Part shown: positions 24,351 to 32,000 of the stretch, in pieces
Numbering within the stretch: position 1 is the stretch's first letter
Layout of the letters: the number at the start of each line of letters is the position of its first letter
Translations under genes and position numbers: made by a program
Source: Thermodesulfobacterium commune DSM 2178
GTDB taxonomy: Bacteria > Desulfobacterota > Thermodesulfobacteria > Thermodesulfobacteriales > Thermodesulfobacteriaceae
Length of the DNA stretch: 32,000 bases
Assembly (NCBI RefSeq): GCF_000734015.1
Contig: NZ_CP008796.1
Coordinates: forward strand, 240,001-272,000
Direction of reading: 5' to 3'
The notes under the pieces: model-generated
Told to the model about the DNA's origin: nothing
Databases searched by the model: none
What the model saw: the letters and a program-made list of their open reading frames with translations, nothing else

Positions 24351-24401
24351 TTTTATGTTTAAAAATCTAAAAGGTATGGTAAATAAGAAGGAGGTTATTT
24401 T

Positions 24402-24767
24402 ATGCATCCCTTGGTAAGAGAGGTAGAAAAACGTTATTTAAAAGAAGATCTTCCTAAGTTTAATCCTGGGGATACAGTGAGGGTTCATTTTAGGTTAAAA
24501 GAAGGAGAGGAAAAAGAAAGAATTCAAGTTTTTGAAGGGATAGTGATTAGGAGAAGGGGCTCTGGAATTAACGCCACTTTTACGGTAAGAAAGGTTTCCT
24601 TTGGGGTAGGTGTGGAAAGAACTTTCCCTTTACATTCTCCAAGGATAGAAAAAATAGAAATTGTTAGGAGAGGTAAGGTAAGAAGGGCAAGACTCTACTA
24701 TCTTAGAGAACGTTTTGGTAAGGCTGCTCGTATCAAAGAAAGGTTTGATAACAAAGTTATGGAATAA
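24402..24767 (+). CDS. rplS: 50S ribosomal protein L19
   Basis: 121 aa with [33 protein letters not shown] and RRAKLYYLR-like motifs. AAGGAGG SD is present. Confidence 0.96.
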   Translation: MHPLVREVEKRYLKEDLPKFNPGDTVRVHFRLKEGEEKERIQVFEGIVIRRRGSGINATFTVRKVSFGVGVERTFPLHSPRIEKIEIVRRGKVRRARLYYLRERFGKAARIKERFDNKVME

Positions 24768-24798
24768 TACAGGAAGGGGCTAAGCCCCTTCCTGTATT
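24766..24798 (+). terminator. Strong hairpin immediately after rplS, a likely terminator or processing stem
   Basis: AATACAGGAAGGGGC (24766-24780) pairs with GCCCCTTCCTGTATT (24784-24798), giving a 15-bp stem and a 3-nt loop. The 5' arm overlaps the last two bases of the rplS stop codon. Only a short T tract follows, so its intrinsic terminator strength is uncertain. Confidence 0.5.
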
Positions 24799-24809
24799 AG
24801 AAATTAAAG

Positions 24810-25451
24810 TTGAAGAAAAAGGGTTGTTTTTTCTTTTCTTATAAATCTTTAATAACTCGTTTTTCAGATTTAGAACGTCATCTAAAAGAATGTGGATATA
24901 CTCTTATAGCTGGGGTAGATGAGGCTGGAAGAGGGGCTATTGCAGGTCCGGTTTTTGCTTCAGCAGTGATCCTTCCAGAAGGTTTTGACCCTAAGGAAAT
25001 AAAAGATTCTAAAAAATTAACCCCAAAAAAAAGAGAAGAGCTGTTTAACTACATCTGTTCCCATGCTTTAACCTATGCTATCACTAAGGTAGACGTTGAC
25101 GAGATAAACGCTCAAGGAATCCTCAAAGCTACCTTTAAGGCTATGTTTGAAGCTTTAAAAAGGCTCAATCCTCAACCTCAGGTGGTTTTAGTAGACGGAC
25201 CTTTGTTGATTCCTGAATATCGAGGAGTTCAGAAAGCGGTAGTAGATGGTGATAATCTATGTGTTTGTATAGCTGCAGCCTCGATACTGGCTAAGGTGGC
25301 AAGGGATAACTATATGAAAGAGCTTGCCAAGGTTTATCCCCAATATGGTTTTGAAAAGCACAAAGGTTATGGGACTAAGCTTCATTTCAGTAAGATTAAA
25401 ATTTATGGTCCTTGCGAGGTTCATAGAACTTATTATCAGTGTTTTTTATGA
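24810..25451 (+). CDS. rnhB: Ribonuclease HII
   Basis: Contains IAGVDEAGRGAIAGPV and DSKKLTPKKRE, the RNase HII core. The only in-frame start is the TTG at 24810, which has no SD, so the start is uncertain. Confidence 0.9.
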   Translation: MKKKGCFFFSYKSLITRFSDLERHLKECGYTLIAGVDEAGRGAIAGPVFASAVILPEGFDPKEIKDSKKLTPKKREELFNYICSHALTYAITKVDVDEINAQGILKATFKAMFEALKRLNPQPQVVLVDGPLLIPEYRGVQKAVVDGDNLCVCIAAASILAKVARDNYMKELAKVYPQYGFEKHKGYGTKLHFSKIKIYGPCEVHRTYYQCFL

Positions 25452-25831
25452 TTAAAAAATTAATCGGCCTTTTTTCCTCAAAAGAAAAAGGAAATTTAGC
25501 CGAAAGTTTAGCAGAAAAATATCTTAGGTCCAAGGGATTTAAGATTATAGGTAAGAATTTTCGTACTAAGCAAGGAGAGATAGATTTGATTGCGGTTAAA
25601 AAAGATTTATTGGTTTTTGTAGAGGTGAAGGCAGATTTTCAAAACTTAGGACTTATTGCAGAAGACAAGGTTGATTTAAGAAAAAAGAAAAAAATTCTTG
25701 CGGTAGCTGAAGAATTTTGGTTTAAAAATTCTCAAAGTTTAAGTAAAATAAAAAATATAAGGTTTGATGTGGTAGTAGTTAAAGAAAAGGAGGTTTTTCA
25801 TTATGAAGATGCTTTTCAACAGGACCTATGA
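25448..25831 (+). CDS. yraN: YraN family (UPF0102) endonuclease-like protein
   Basis: Contains GNLAESLAEKYLRSKGFKIIGKNFRTKQGEIDLIA and VFVEVK, typical of YraN. The ATG at 25448 overlaps the rnhB stop (ATGA). The tracked GTG at 25439 is an alternative start. Confidence 0.85.
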   Translation: MIKKLIGLFSSKEKGNLAESLAEKYLRSKGFKIIGKNFRTKQGEIDLIAVKKDLLVFVEVKADFQNLGLIAEDKVDLRKKKKILAVAEEFWFKNSQSLSKIKNIRFDVVVVKEKEVFHYEDAFQQDL

Positions 25832-27587
25832 AGGTCTCACGTTAGAGGAGATCTTAAAAAGTCCAGACCAAGAATTAGAGAAAAAGCTTCAAGCTTTAGA
25901 TTTTTATAAAGCATATGAATTAGTGCTCAGTGTCCCTTGGGAAGCTAAAGCTAAACTTATACTAAACTCTCCTTATCCAGAGGGTTTGGTAAAAAATCTA
26001 CCTTATCAAGAGTTATTCCTAACCATAAAAGCTTCTTCTCTTGACTTAGCGGTAGAACTCCTTTCCTATGCTAAAGGGACTCAGATTCAGTTTATGTTCG
26101 ACATAGATTGCTGGTATAAAGATCGGATCAAACCAGAAAGGGTAGCTTCTTGGATTGTATTGCTTTTTCAGGCAGGAGAAGGTAAGGTTGTAGAATGGTT
26201 GAGGGTAGCAGATTTTGATTTTTTAATAGCCATTTTCCAAAAGTTTATCAAGGTATATAAAAAACCAGATGATATGGAACTGATAGAAGCTATGGATTTT
26301 TTGCCGTATTTTACGTTAGATGATTTTTATTTTATAGAGTTTAAAAACGAAGCTTTAGAGTTTTACTTTAGAAGGATGATAGAACTTTTAAGAGAAGAAA
26401 TGCCAGAAACTTATTTTGCTTTGCTTGAGTCTGTAATCTGGGAGATACCGATAGAGGTAGAAGAAAGAGCTTATAGATGGAGGAATGGAAGGTTAGCTGA
26501 CGAAGGAATTCCTGAATATTTTGAGGCTTTAGATGTTTATACTCCGTTGCATCCTAAAAGTTTAAAGAAAATTGAACCTGTTTATCTTCCTCCTTCTGAA
26601 GGGAAAGAGGAGTTTTCTCCGGTTAACATCATGGTTTATACCGGAGATGAACCTTTAATGATTTTTAAAGTTTTAGAAACAATCGAAGATTCCTATCAGA
26701 TAGATAGGATTAAAAAAGAGCTTGCCTGGTTGTCTAATAAGGTAATTATCGTTGATAATGTAGTGATAGACGAGATAGAACAGGTTAAAAAAAGTCTTGA
26801 TAAAGTCTGGGGTAGTTTAAACTTAGGAATAGAATATCTTTCTCAGGGGAATTTGGAGGTGGCTAAACGATTGGTAGAAGAACATTTTCTCGAAGATCTT
26901 TTTAGAATAGCCCAAACCTTACTTAAAAATCTTAGAAGGTTTGCTTTGTCTATAGTTAAAAGCAAAGATTTTGACCTCTCGGTTTTGAGATATCTTGACC
27001 AACCATATAAAGGATACTTAGAAGGGGTTTGGGTGAAAAATCTCAATCAAATTAAATGTTTTTGTCCGGAAAAAATAGGTACTTTAGAAGAATATACCTT
27101 TTTCAAAAGAATTAGCGAGGTTAATACCGTCCGTAGATATATCGAAGAGATCGGATATATGGCTCCTGTGATAGAGAGAATGTTTGGTTCAACCCTTGCC
27201 TGGATTAGAGAGGTAAACCTCCCAGGCAGAAACTATGATGTAAACTTTTTAACCTGGAGTAGCCTTATCATCACCTCTCTTTTTTACTGGAAATATAAAG
27301 GTGAATTTGTATTTAAAGCTTTACCTAAAAGTTCTTGGCAAAAGGTTATAAACGAACTTTTTTATGAAAAAGAAAATCGTTGTGAACTTAAACCAGAAAT
27401 AAAAGAGATGTTGTTTGCAAGTTTTGAAAATTATGTAAAAAATCATTGGTATTACGAAAAGGAACTTTTAGACTCTTTTCTTAACTTTGTTCTGAACAAA
27501 CTATCTTTAGAGTTTCAAAACATCGACCTGCAAAATCCACCTGACCCTAAATATCAAACTTTGGTTCTGGTAGACCTAAACCATTAA
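25803..27587 (+). CDS. Large conserved-looking hypothetical protein (594 aa)
   Basis: Long clean ORF with an AAGGAGG SD (25787-25793) 9 nt upstream. I saw no catalytic or binding motif I recognise, no signal peptide and no TM helices. Confidence 0.7.
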   Translation: MKMLFNRTYEGLTLEEILKSPDQELEKKLQALDFYKAYELVLSVPWEAKAKLILNSPYPEGLVKNLPYQELFLTIKASSLDLAVELLSYAKGTQIQFMFDIDCWYKDRIKPERVASWIVLLFQAGEGKVVEWLRVADFDFLIAIFQKFIKVYKKPDDMELIEAMDFLPYFTLDDFYFIEFKNEALEFYFRRMIELLREEMPETYFALLESVIWEIPIEVEERAYRWRNGRLADEGIPEYFEALDVYTPLHPKSLKKIEPVYLPPSEGKEEFSPVNIMVYTGDEPLMIFKVLETIEDSYQIDRIKKELAWLSNKVIIVDNVVIDEIEQVKKSLDKVWGSLNLGIEYLSQGNLEVAKRLVEEHFLEDLFRIAQTLLKNLRRFALSIVKSKDFDLSVLRYLDQPYKGYLEGVWVKNLNQIKCFCPEKIGTLEEYTFFKRISEVNTVRRYIEEIGYMAPVIERMFGSTLAWIREVNLPGRNYDVNFLTWSSLIITSLFYWKYKGEFVFKALPKSSWQKVINELFYEKENRCELKPEIKEMLFASFENYVKNHWYYEKELLDSFLNFVLNKLSLEFQNIDLQNPPDPKYQTLVLVDLNH

Positions 27588-27601
27588 AAATTTTGGGTTT
27601 T

Positions 27602-29368
27602 ATGACAAAAACCCCTGTTAATCTAACTGAAACAGCTCGGCTGATTCTAAGAGAAAGATACCTTTTAAAAAAAGAGGGAGAAGTAGTAGAGACTCCCGAA
27701 GAGCTTTTTCAAAGAGTAGCCAAAGCCGTGGCAGAAGGAGAGCTTAATTTTGGTGGTAACTCTCAAGTAGATTTTTATCAGGAAAAATTTTATCAGCTTA
27801 TGGCTAATTTAGATTTTTTACCTAACTCTCCCACCCTTATGAATGCAGGAACTCCTTTGGGGCAGCTTTCTGCCTGTTTTGTCCTTCCTGTTGAAGATTC
27901 TTTAGAATCTATTTTTGAAACCCTAAAACACGCTGCTCTTATCCATAAATCTGGTGGAGGAACAGGTTTTTCTTTTTCAAAAATCAGGCCTAAAGGAGAT
28001 ATAGTAGCAACCACTCAAGGGATAGCCAGTGGACCTATTTCTTTTATTAAAGTGTTTGATGCCGCTACTGAGGCTATCAAGCAGGGGGGGAAAAGAAGAG
28101 GCGCTAACATGGGAATTCTCAGGGTAGACCACCCTGACATAGAAGAGTTTATAGAAATAAAGTGCAAAGACCCTGAAGCTTTAAAAAATTTTAATCTTTC
28201 GGTAGGGATAACTGATTCTTTTATGGAGGCTGTAAAAAAGGGAGACGTTTTTCCTCTGGTTAACCCAAGAAATAAGAAAGTTGAAAGGTATATAAAGGCC
28301 CGAGAACTTTTTGAAAAGATAGCCTATTGTGCCTGGGCATCTGGAGATCCTGGAGTTTTGTTTCTTGATACCATAAACCGGTATAACCCAACCCCACATT
28401 TAGGAGAAATCGAAGCTACTAACCCGTGTGGAGAACAACCTTTATTACCTTTTGAGTCTTGTAATTTAGGATCTATAAACTTGGCAAATTTTGTTAAAGA
28501 TAAAAAAATCGATTGGGAAAGACTAAAAGAGGTTATATGGTTAGCAGTAAGGTTTTTAGACGACGTAATAGAGGTTAACAGGTTCCCTCTCCCGCAGATT
28601 GCTAAAATTACAAGGCTTACCAGGAAGATAGGATTAGGAGTGATGGGTTTTGCCGATATGCTTATCAAGTTAGAGGTTTCTTATGGAGAAAAAAGAGCAA
28701 TAGAGGTAGCAGAAAAGGTTATGGGATTTATCGAAAAAGAGTCTGTAAAGGCCTCTCATCATTTAGCTAAAGAAAGGGGGTGTTTCCCTGCTTTTTACGG
28801 TAGCTTCTGGGATAGTCTTAATCTACCTATAAGGAATGCTACCACCACTACCATCGCTCCTACAGGTAGCATTTCTTTAATAGCTGGTGTGTCTTCAGGG
28901 ATAGAACCTCTTTTTGGAATTTATTACGAAAGAAAGACTTTAGAGAATAAACTTTTAAAAGGATTTCACCCGTTGTTTTTAGAGTTTTTGTATAAAGAAG
29001 GTTATAAAGACGATGAGGTAGAAGAGATTTTATTTCAGGTAAAAAAAGTAGGCACCTTAAAACATGTAAAAATTTCAGAAAAAATTAAAAAACTTTTTGT
29101 AACTACTTATGAAATATCTCCTGAAAATCATCTTTTGGTTCAAGCCGTTTTCCAAAGGCATACCCATAATGCCGTTTCTAAAACCATAAATTTATCTCCA
29201 GAGACTACCGTTGAAGAAATAAAGGCTATTTATTTAAAGGCTTATGAGTTAGGTCTTAAAGGAGTTACCGTTTATCGTTATGGCTGTAAAAAGGAACAGG
29301 TGATATATTTAGGGGAAGACCAGGTTGAAGGATTAGGGTGTTCGGTATGTGACCTATCTTTAAGATAG
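27602..29368 (+). CDS. nrdJ: Adenosylcobalamin-dependent (class II) ribonucleotide reductase
   Basis: Class II RNR hallmarks are present: TNPCGEQPLLPFESCNLGSINL, PNSPTLMNAG, IAPTGSISL and a C-terminal Cys pair (GCSVCD). The start is either the ATG at 27602 or the tracked TTG at 27593. Confidence 0.92.
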   Translation: MTKTPVNLTETARLILRERYLLKKEGEVVETPEELFQRVAKAVAEGELNFGGNSQVDFYQEKFYQLMANLDFLPNSPTLMNAGTPLGQLSACFVLPVEDSLESIFETLKHAALIHKSGGGTGFSFSKIRPKGDIVATTQGIASGPISFIKVFDAATEAIKQGGKRRGANMGILRVDHPDIEEFIEIKCKDPEALKNFNLSVGITDSFMEAVKKGDVFPLVNPRNKKVERYIKARELFEKIAYCAWASGDPGVLFLDTINRYNPTPHLGEIEATNPCGEQPLLPFESCNLGSINLANFVKDKKIDWERLKEVIWLAVRFLDDVIEVNRFPLPQIAKITRLTRKIGLGVMGFADMLIKLEVSYGEKRAIEVAEKVMGFIEKESVKASHHLAKERGCFPAFYGSFWDSLNLPIRNATTTTIAPTGSISLIAGVSSGIEPLFGIYYERKTLENKLLKGFHPLFLEFLYKEGYKDDEVEEILFQVKKVGTLKHVKISEKIKKLFVTTYEISPENHLLVQAVFQRHTHNAVSKTINLSPETTVEEIKAIYLKAYELGLKGVTVYRYGCKKEQVIYLGEDQVEGLGCSVCDLSLR

Positions 29369-29386
29369 ATTAAGAAAGGGGGTTTT

Positions 29387-30691
29387 ATGAAGGAGGTAAA
29401 GATAGGGCTTTTAGGTTTTGGAACGGTAGGGACAGGGGTTTATGAGTTGTTGGAAAAAAATCGCGAGGTTATCAAAGAAAGAATAGGATTAGTACCTGTG
29501 ATTAAACGGATTTTAGTAAGGGACCCAAAGAAGATAAGAAGTATTTCGGTTAGCCCAGAGATTTTTACCACCTCTTTTGAAGACATATTAGAGGATCCAG
29601 AGATATCTATCGTGTGTGAGTTGATGGGAGGAATTACACCGGCTAAAGAGTATGTGCTAAAGGCTTTACAAAAGGGAAAAGAGGTAGTGACAGCAAACAA
29701 GGCTATACTTGCTGAATACGGAGACGAAATTTGGGGAGAGGCTTTAAAGAGACAAAGGTTTCTAGGTTTTGAGGCCTCGGTAGGTGGAGGTATTCCCATC
29801 ATAAAAACTCTTAGAGAAGCACTTATAGGGAATCAGATAAGATCGATAGTGGGAATAGTAAACGGAACGACCAATTATATCCTTACTAAAATGTTGGAAG
29901 AAAAGACAGATTTTAAAGAAGCTTTAAGAGAGGCTCAAAAAAAAGGTTACGCAGAGGCTGATCCCACTTTAGACATAAACGGTATGGATGCAGCCCACAA
30001 GATAGCTATTTTAGCTTCTCTTGCTTTTGGTAGTTTTATTAAAGCATCTCAGGTTTATGTAGAAGGAATAGAAAACATAGACCTTATAGACTTAAATTTT
30101 GCCAAAAATTTTGGTTATGTTATCAAACTTTTAGCTTTTGCTATCAAACATAAAAATCACATAGAAGTAAGGGTTCATCCTACCCTTATTCCTGAAAATC
30201 ACGTATTAGCCTCTATTCGTTTAAATTACAACGCTTTTTATGTTACAGGAGATTTTGTAGGAGACGTTCTACTTTATGGATTGGGGGCAGGTAAAGAACC
30301 TACTGCTAGTGCCGTAGTAAGTGATCTTATCACAGCCATAGAGTTTTCTTTTTTTAAAAAGAAGCCTTTTATAAAGTATCCCTTGACCTTTGATAAAAAA
30401 AGATATAAAATAAAGCCTATGGAAGACGTAGAGTTTAAGTATTATTTTCGTTTTTCTGCGGTAGATAAACCAGGGGTATTATCTAAAATTTCTGGTGTTT
30501 TAGGTAAGTATAACATAAGTATTTCTTCGGTTGTTCAAATTGGAAGACAAAAGAAAAAACAGGCGGTTCCTATAGTGATGCTTACTCACGAAGCTAAAGA
30601 AAGAAACGTATTAAAGGCTTTACAAGAAATAGACAGCTTAGAGGTAGTTAGCGCTCCTACCAAAAAATATCGGATCATGGACCTCACTTAA
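29387..30691 (+). CDS. hom: Homoserine dehydrogenase with a C-terminal ACT domain
   Basis: Contains IGLLGFGTVGTGV, GGGIPII, NGTTNYILT, AEADPTLDINGMDAAHK and an ACT-like tail. Confidence 0.93.
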   Translation: MKEVKIGLLGFGTVGTGVYELLEKNREVIKERIGLVPVIKRILVRDPKKIRSISVSPEIFTTSFEDILEDPEISIVCELMGGITPAKEYVLKALQKGKEVVTANKAILAEYGDEIWGEALKRQRFLGFEASVGGGIPIIKTLREALIGNQIRSIVGIVNGTTNYILTKMLEEKTDFKEALREAQKKGYAEADPTLDINGMDAAHKIAILASLAFGSFIKASQVYVEGIENIDLIDLNFAKNFGYVIKLLAFAIKHKNHIEVRVHPTLIPENHVLASIRLNYNAFYVTGDFVGDVLLYGLGAGKEPTASAVVSDLITAIEFSFFKKKPFIKYPLTFDKKRYKIKPMEDVEFKYYFRFSAVDKPGVLSKISGVLGKYNISISSVVQIGRQKKKQAVPIVMLTHEAKERNVLKALQEIDSLEVVSAPTKKYRIMDLT

Positions 30692-30704
30692 ACAAGGACT
30701 GAGT

Positions 30705-31187
30705 ATGAAAGTGAAAGTAGATATGGGTCAATATCAAATTTTAAAAGATAAACCAGTGGTTTTAACCACAGGTTTTCTTGGAAGTGGTTTGGCTATAGGA
30801 GTGGTGGATAAAACCAAAACACAAGGTGGTTTATGTTGTTTTGTGTTGCCTTATAAGGATTTAGATTTAGAAATAGAAGAAGGGGTCACAATTTTTTCTG
30901 GAGAATCTCTTATTCCTTTATTTTTAGAAGAAATAGAACGTTCTGGGATAAGCTGGGGTAACGCTAAAATTGTGGTTGCTGGAGGTGGTGTATACCAGAA
31001 CAACCCCGATTTTTTAAACCTTACAGAGGTAAACCTAAAAATAGTAAAGATGATGTTTAAAAGATATATGATACCAGAAGATCAGGTAATATTTAGGGTA
31101 GGGCTTAACAGTGGTGTAAAAGTTGAGGTAGATTTAGAAGAAAAGGTTGTCAAAATAAAAATTGACGGAAAAGAAGAAAAACTATGA
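30705..31187 (+). CDS. CheD-like protein with a non-canonical active site
   Basis: 160 aa that align by eye to CheD deamidases. VVLTTGFLGSGLAIGV corresponds to the canonical LGSC segment, GGLCCFVLP to the canonical G-x-A-H-x-x-LP, and AKIVVAGGG is also present. The canonical catalytic Cys is Gly and the His is Cys. Confidence 0.65.
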   Translation: MKVKVDMGQYQILKDKPVVLTTGFLGSGLAIGVVDKTKTQGGLCCFVLPYKDLDLEIEEGVTIFSGESLIPLFLEEIERSGISWGNAKIVVAGGGVYQNNPDFLNLTEVNLKIVKMMFKRYMIPEDQVIFRVGLNSGVKVEVDLEEKVVKIKIDGKEEKL

Positions 31188-32000
31188 TAGAACAAGTTTT
31201 GGAAAAAATTTTTGATAAGGTTGATAAAATTCCAACTTTTCCTAAAGTAGCTATGCAGGCCTTAGAGATTTTACGAAAAGAAGATGTAGACTTAAGAGAG
31301 GTAGAGAGAGTTATCAAAAGTGATCCTGGTATCGTAGCCAATTTTTTGAGGATAGTTAACTCTCCTGCTTTTGGACTACCCCAAAAAGTAGACTCCTTGT
31401 TTAAAGCCTTGATGCTGCTTGGGGTTAACCAGATTAAGTTTATTATTGTCGCTTCTGTAGCTAAAAACTATTTTGAGAAAAATCTAATAGGTTATGGATT
31501 AAGTTCTGAAGATATTTGGTTGCATTCTTTAGGTTGTGGCTTTATTGCTGAGGAAATAGCTTTAGACGCAGGCTTTTCAATAAATAAAATAGACGCAGTT
31601 TATGTAGCTTCAGTATTACATGATATAGGAAAAATTGTATTAGATCTTTATACTAAGTTGGAGTTAAATAAGTTTATTGAAACCTTTGAAGAAAATCCAA
31701 AACAAGATTTTATTCAAGTAGAGTGGTTAGTACTTGGGGTAGACCATGGTTTGGTTGGAGCTACTCTTTTAAAAAGATGGGGATTCCCTGAAAACATCTG
31801 TTTTGCCATAAGAGCGCATCATGACCCTGACCTTATGTTGCAAAGTGATGTGGCAGCTATAGTTGCTCTTTCAAACATGTTAATCAATATGTTAGGGATA
31901 GGCGGGGGAGTAGATGTTTTTAAATATAAAGTTCCTTCTCAACTTTTAGGCTTTCTTGATATAAAACAGGACAGATTATTAAAATACATGAAAATAGGTT
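31184..32000 (+). CDS. HDOD domain signalling protein, 3' end outside the window
   Basis: Manual translation from the ATG at 31184, which overlaps the upstream TGA as ATGA, stays open to the window end. The sequence reads IPTFPKVAMQALEILRKEDVDLREVERVIKSDPGIVANFLRIVNSPAFGL, VLHDIGK, VDHGLVGATLLKRWGFP and AHHDP. It is not in the supplied ORF track. Confidence 0.85.
   Translation, partial: MIEQVLEKIFDKVDKIPTFPKVAMQALEILRKEDVDLREVERVIKSDPGIVANFLRIVNSPAFGLPQKVDSLFKALMLLGVNQIKFIIVASVAKNYFEKNLIGYGLSSEDIWLHSLGCGFIAEEIALDAGFSINKIDAVYVASVLHDIGKIVLDLYTKLELNKFIETFEENPKQDFIQVEWLVLGVDHGLVGATLLKRWGFPENICFAIRAHHDPDLMLQSDVAAIVALSNMLINMLGIGGGVDVFKYKVPSQLLGFLDIKQDRLLKYMKIG

Noticed and set aside
27588-27601. 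An NrdR box or cobalamin riboswitch upstream of nrdJ
   Set aside because: Only 5-14 nt separate the upstream stop from the nrdJ start, so there is no space for either element.
27793-28668. Three minus-strand ORFs at 27793-28014, 28181-28399 and 28324-28668
   Set aside because: They are antisense shadows inside nrdJ with no motifs or RBS.
29440-29802. A 120-aa minus-strand ORF
   Set aside because: It is an antisense shadow inside hom.
31150-31341. A 63-aa minus-strand ORF
   Set aside because: It is antisense to the clearly recognisable HDOD gene that starts at 31184 on the plus strand.

Overview
The window is an AT-rich, densely packed, almost entirely housekeeping stretch of bacterial chromosome. 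The K/E/I-rich proteins suggest a thermophile, which is inference only.

Gene content in order:
- rel/spoT, rpmB, purD and purE.
- Two tandem type IV pilin-like genes.
- A radical-SAM gene, scpB, an unknown ORF and hisH.
- The conserved rpsB-tsf-pyrH-frr-uppS-cdsA cluster, followed by an HD-domain gene and ddl.
- A divergent pair made of an unknown ORF and a BON lipoprotein gene.
- A TIGR01212-type radical-SAM gene and an lhgO-like flavoprotein gene.
- dnaX-ybaB-recR, an unknown ORF, and dprA.
- A class II aldolase gene, an unknown ORF and a CDP-alcohol phosphatidyltransferase gene.
- tRNA-His, rplS, rnhB and yraN.
- A 594-aa unknown ORF, nrdJ (class II RNR) and hom.
- A CheD-like gene and a 3'-truncated HDOD gene.

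I saw no transposase, integrase, CRISPR array, toxin-antitoxin pair or obvious defence island, so I do not claim a complete novel system.

The most interesting signals are small-scale:
1. An untracked 72-codon zinc-ribbon ORF upstream of dnaX carries an in-frame TGA followed by a SECIS-like hairpin.
2. dnaX contains an A AAA AAA slippery run with a hairpin 6 nt downstream, placed to give a gamma-like truncated product.
3. Five genes share the architecture TTGnnn-16 nt-(-10)-6/7 nt-ATG and lack a Shine-Dalgarno, which suggests leaderless mRNAs.
4. A perfect 19-bp palindrome holds the SD and ATG of two divergent genes.
5. The terminator after the first pilin has a 3' arm that is also the SD of the second pilin.
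6. A CheD-like protein lacks the canonical catalytic Cys and His and is start/stop-coupled to an HDOD protein.
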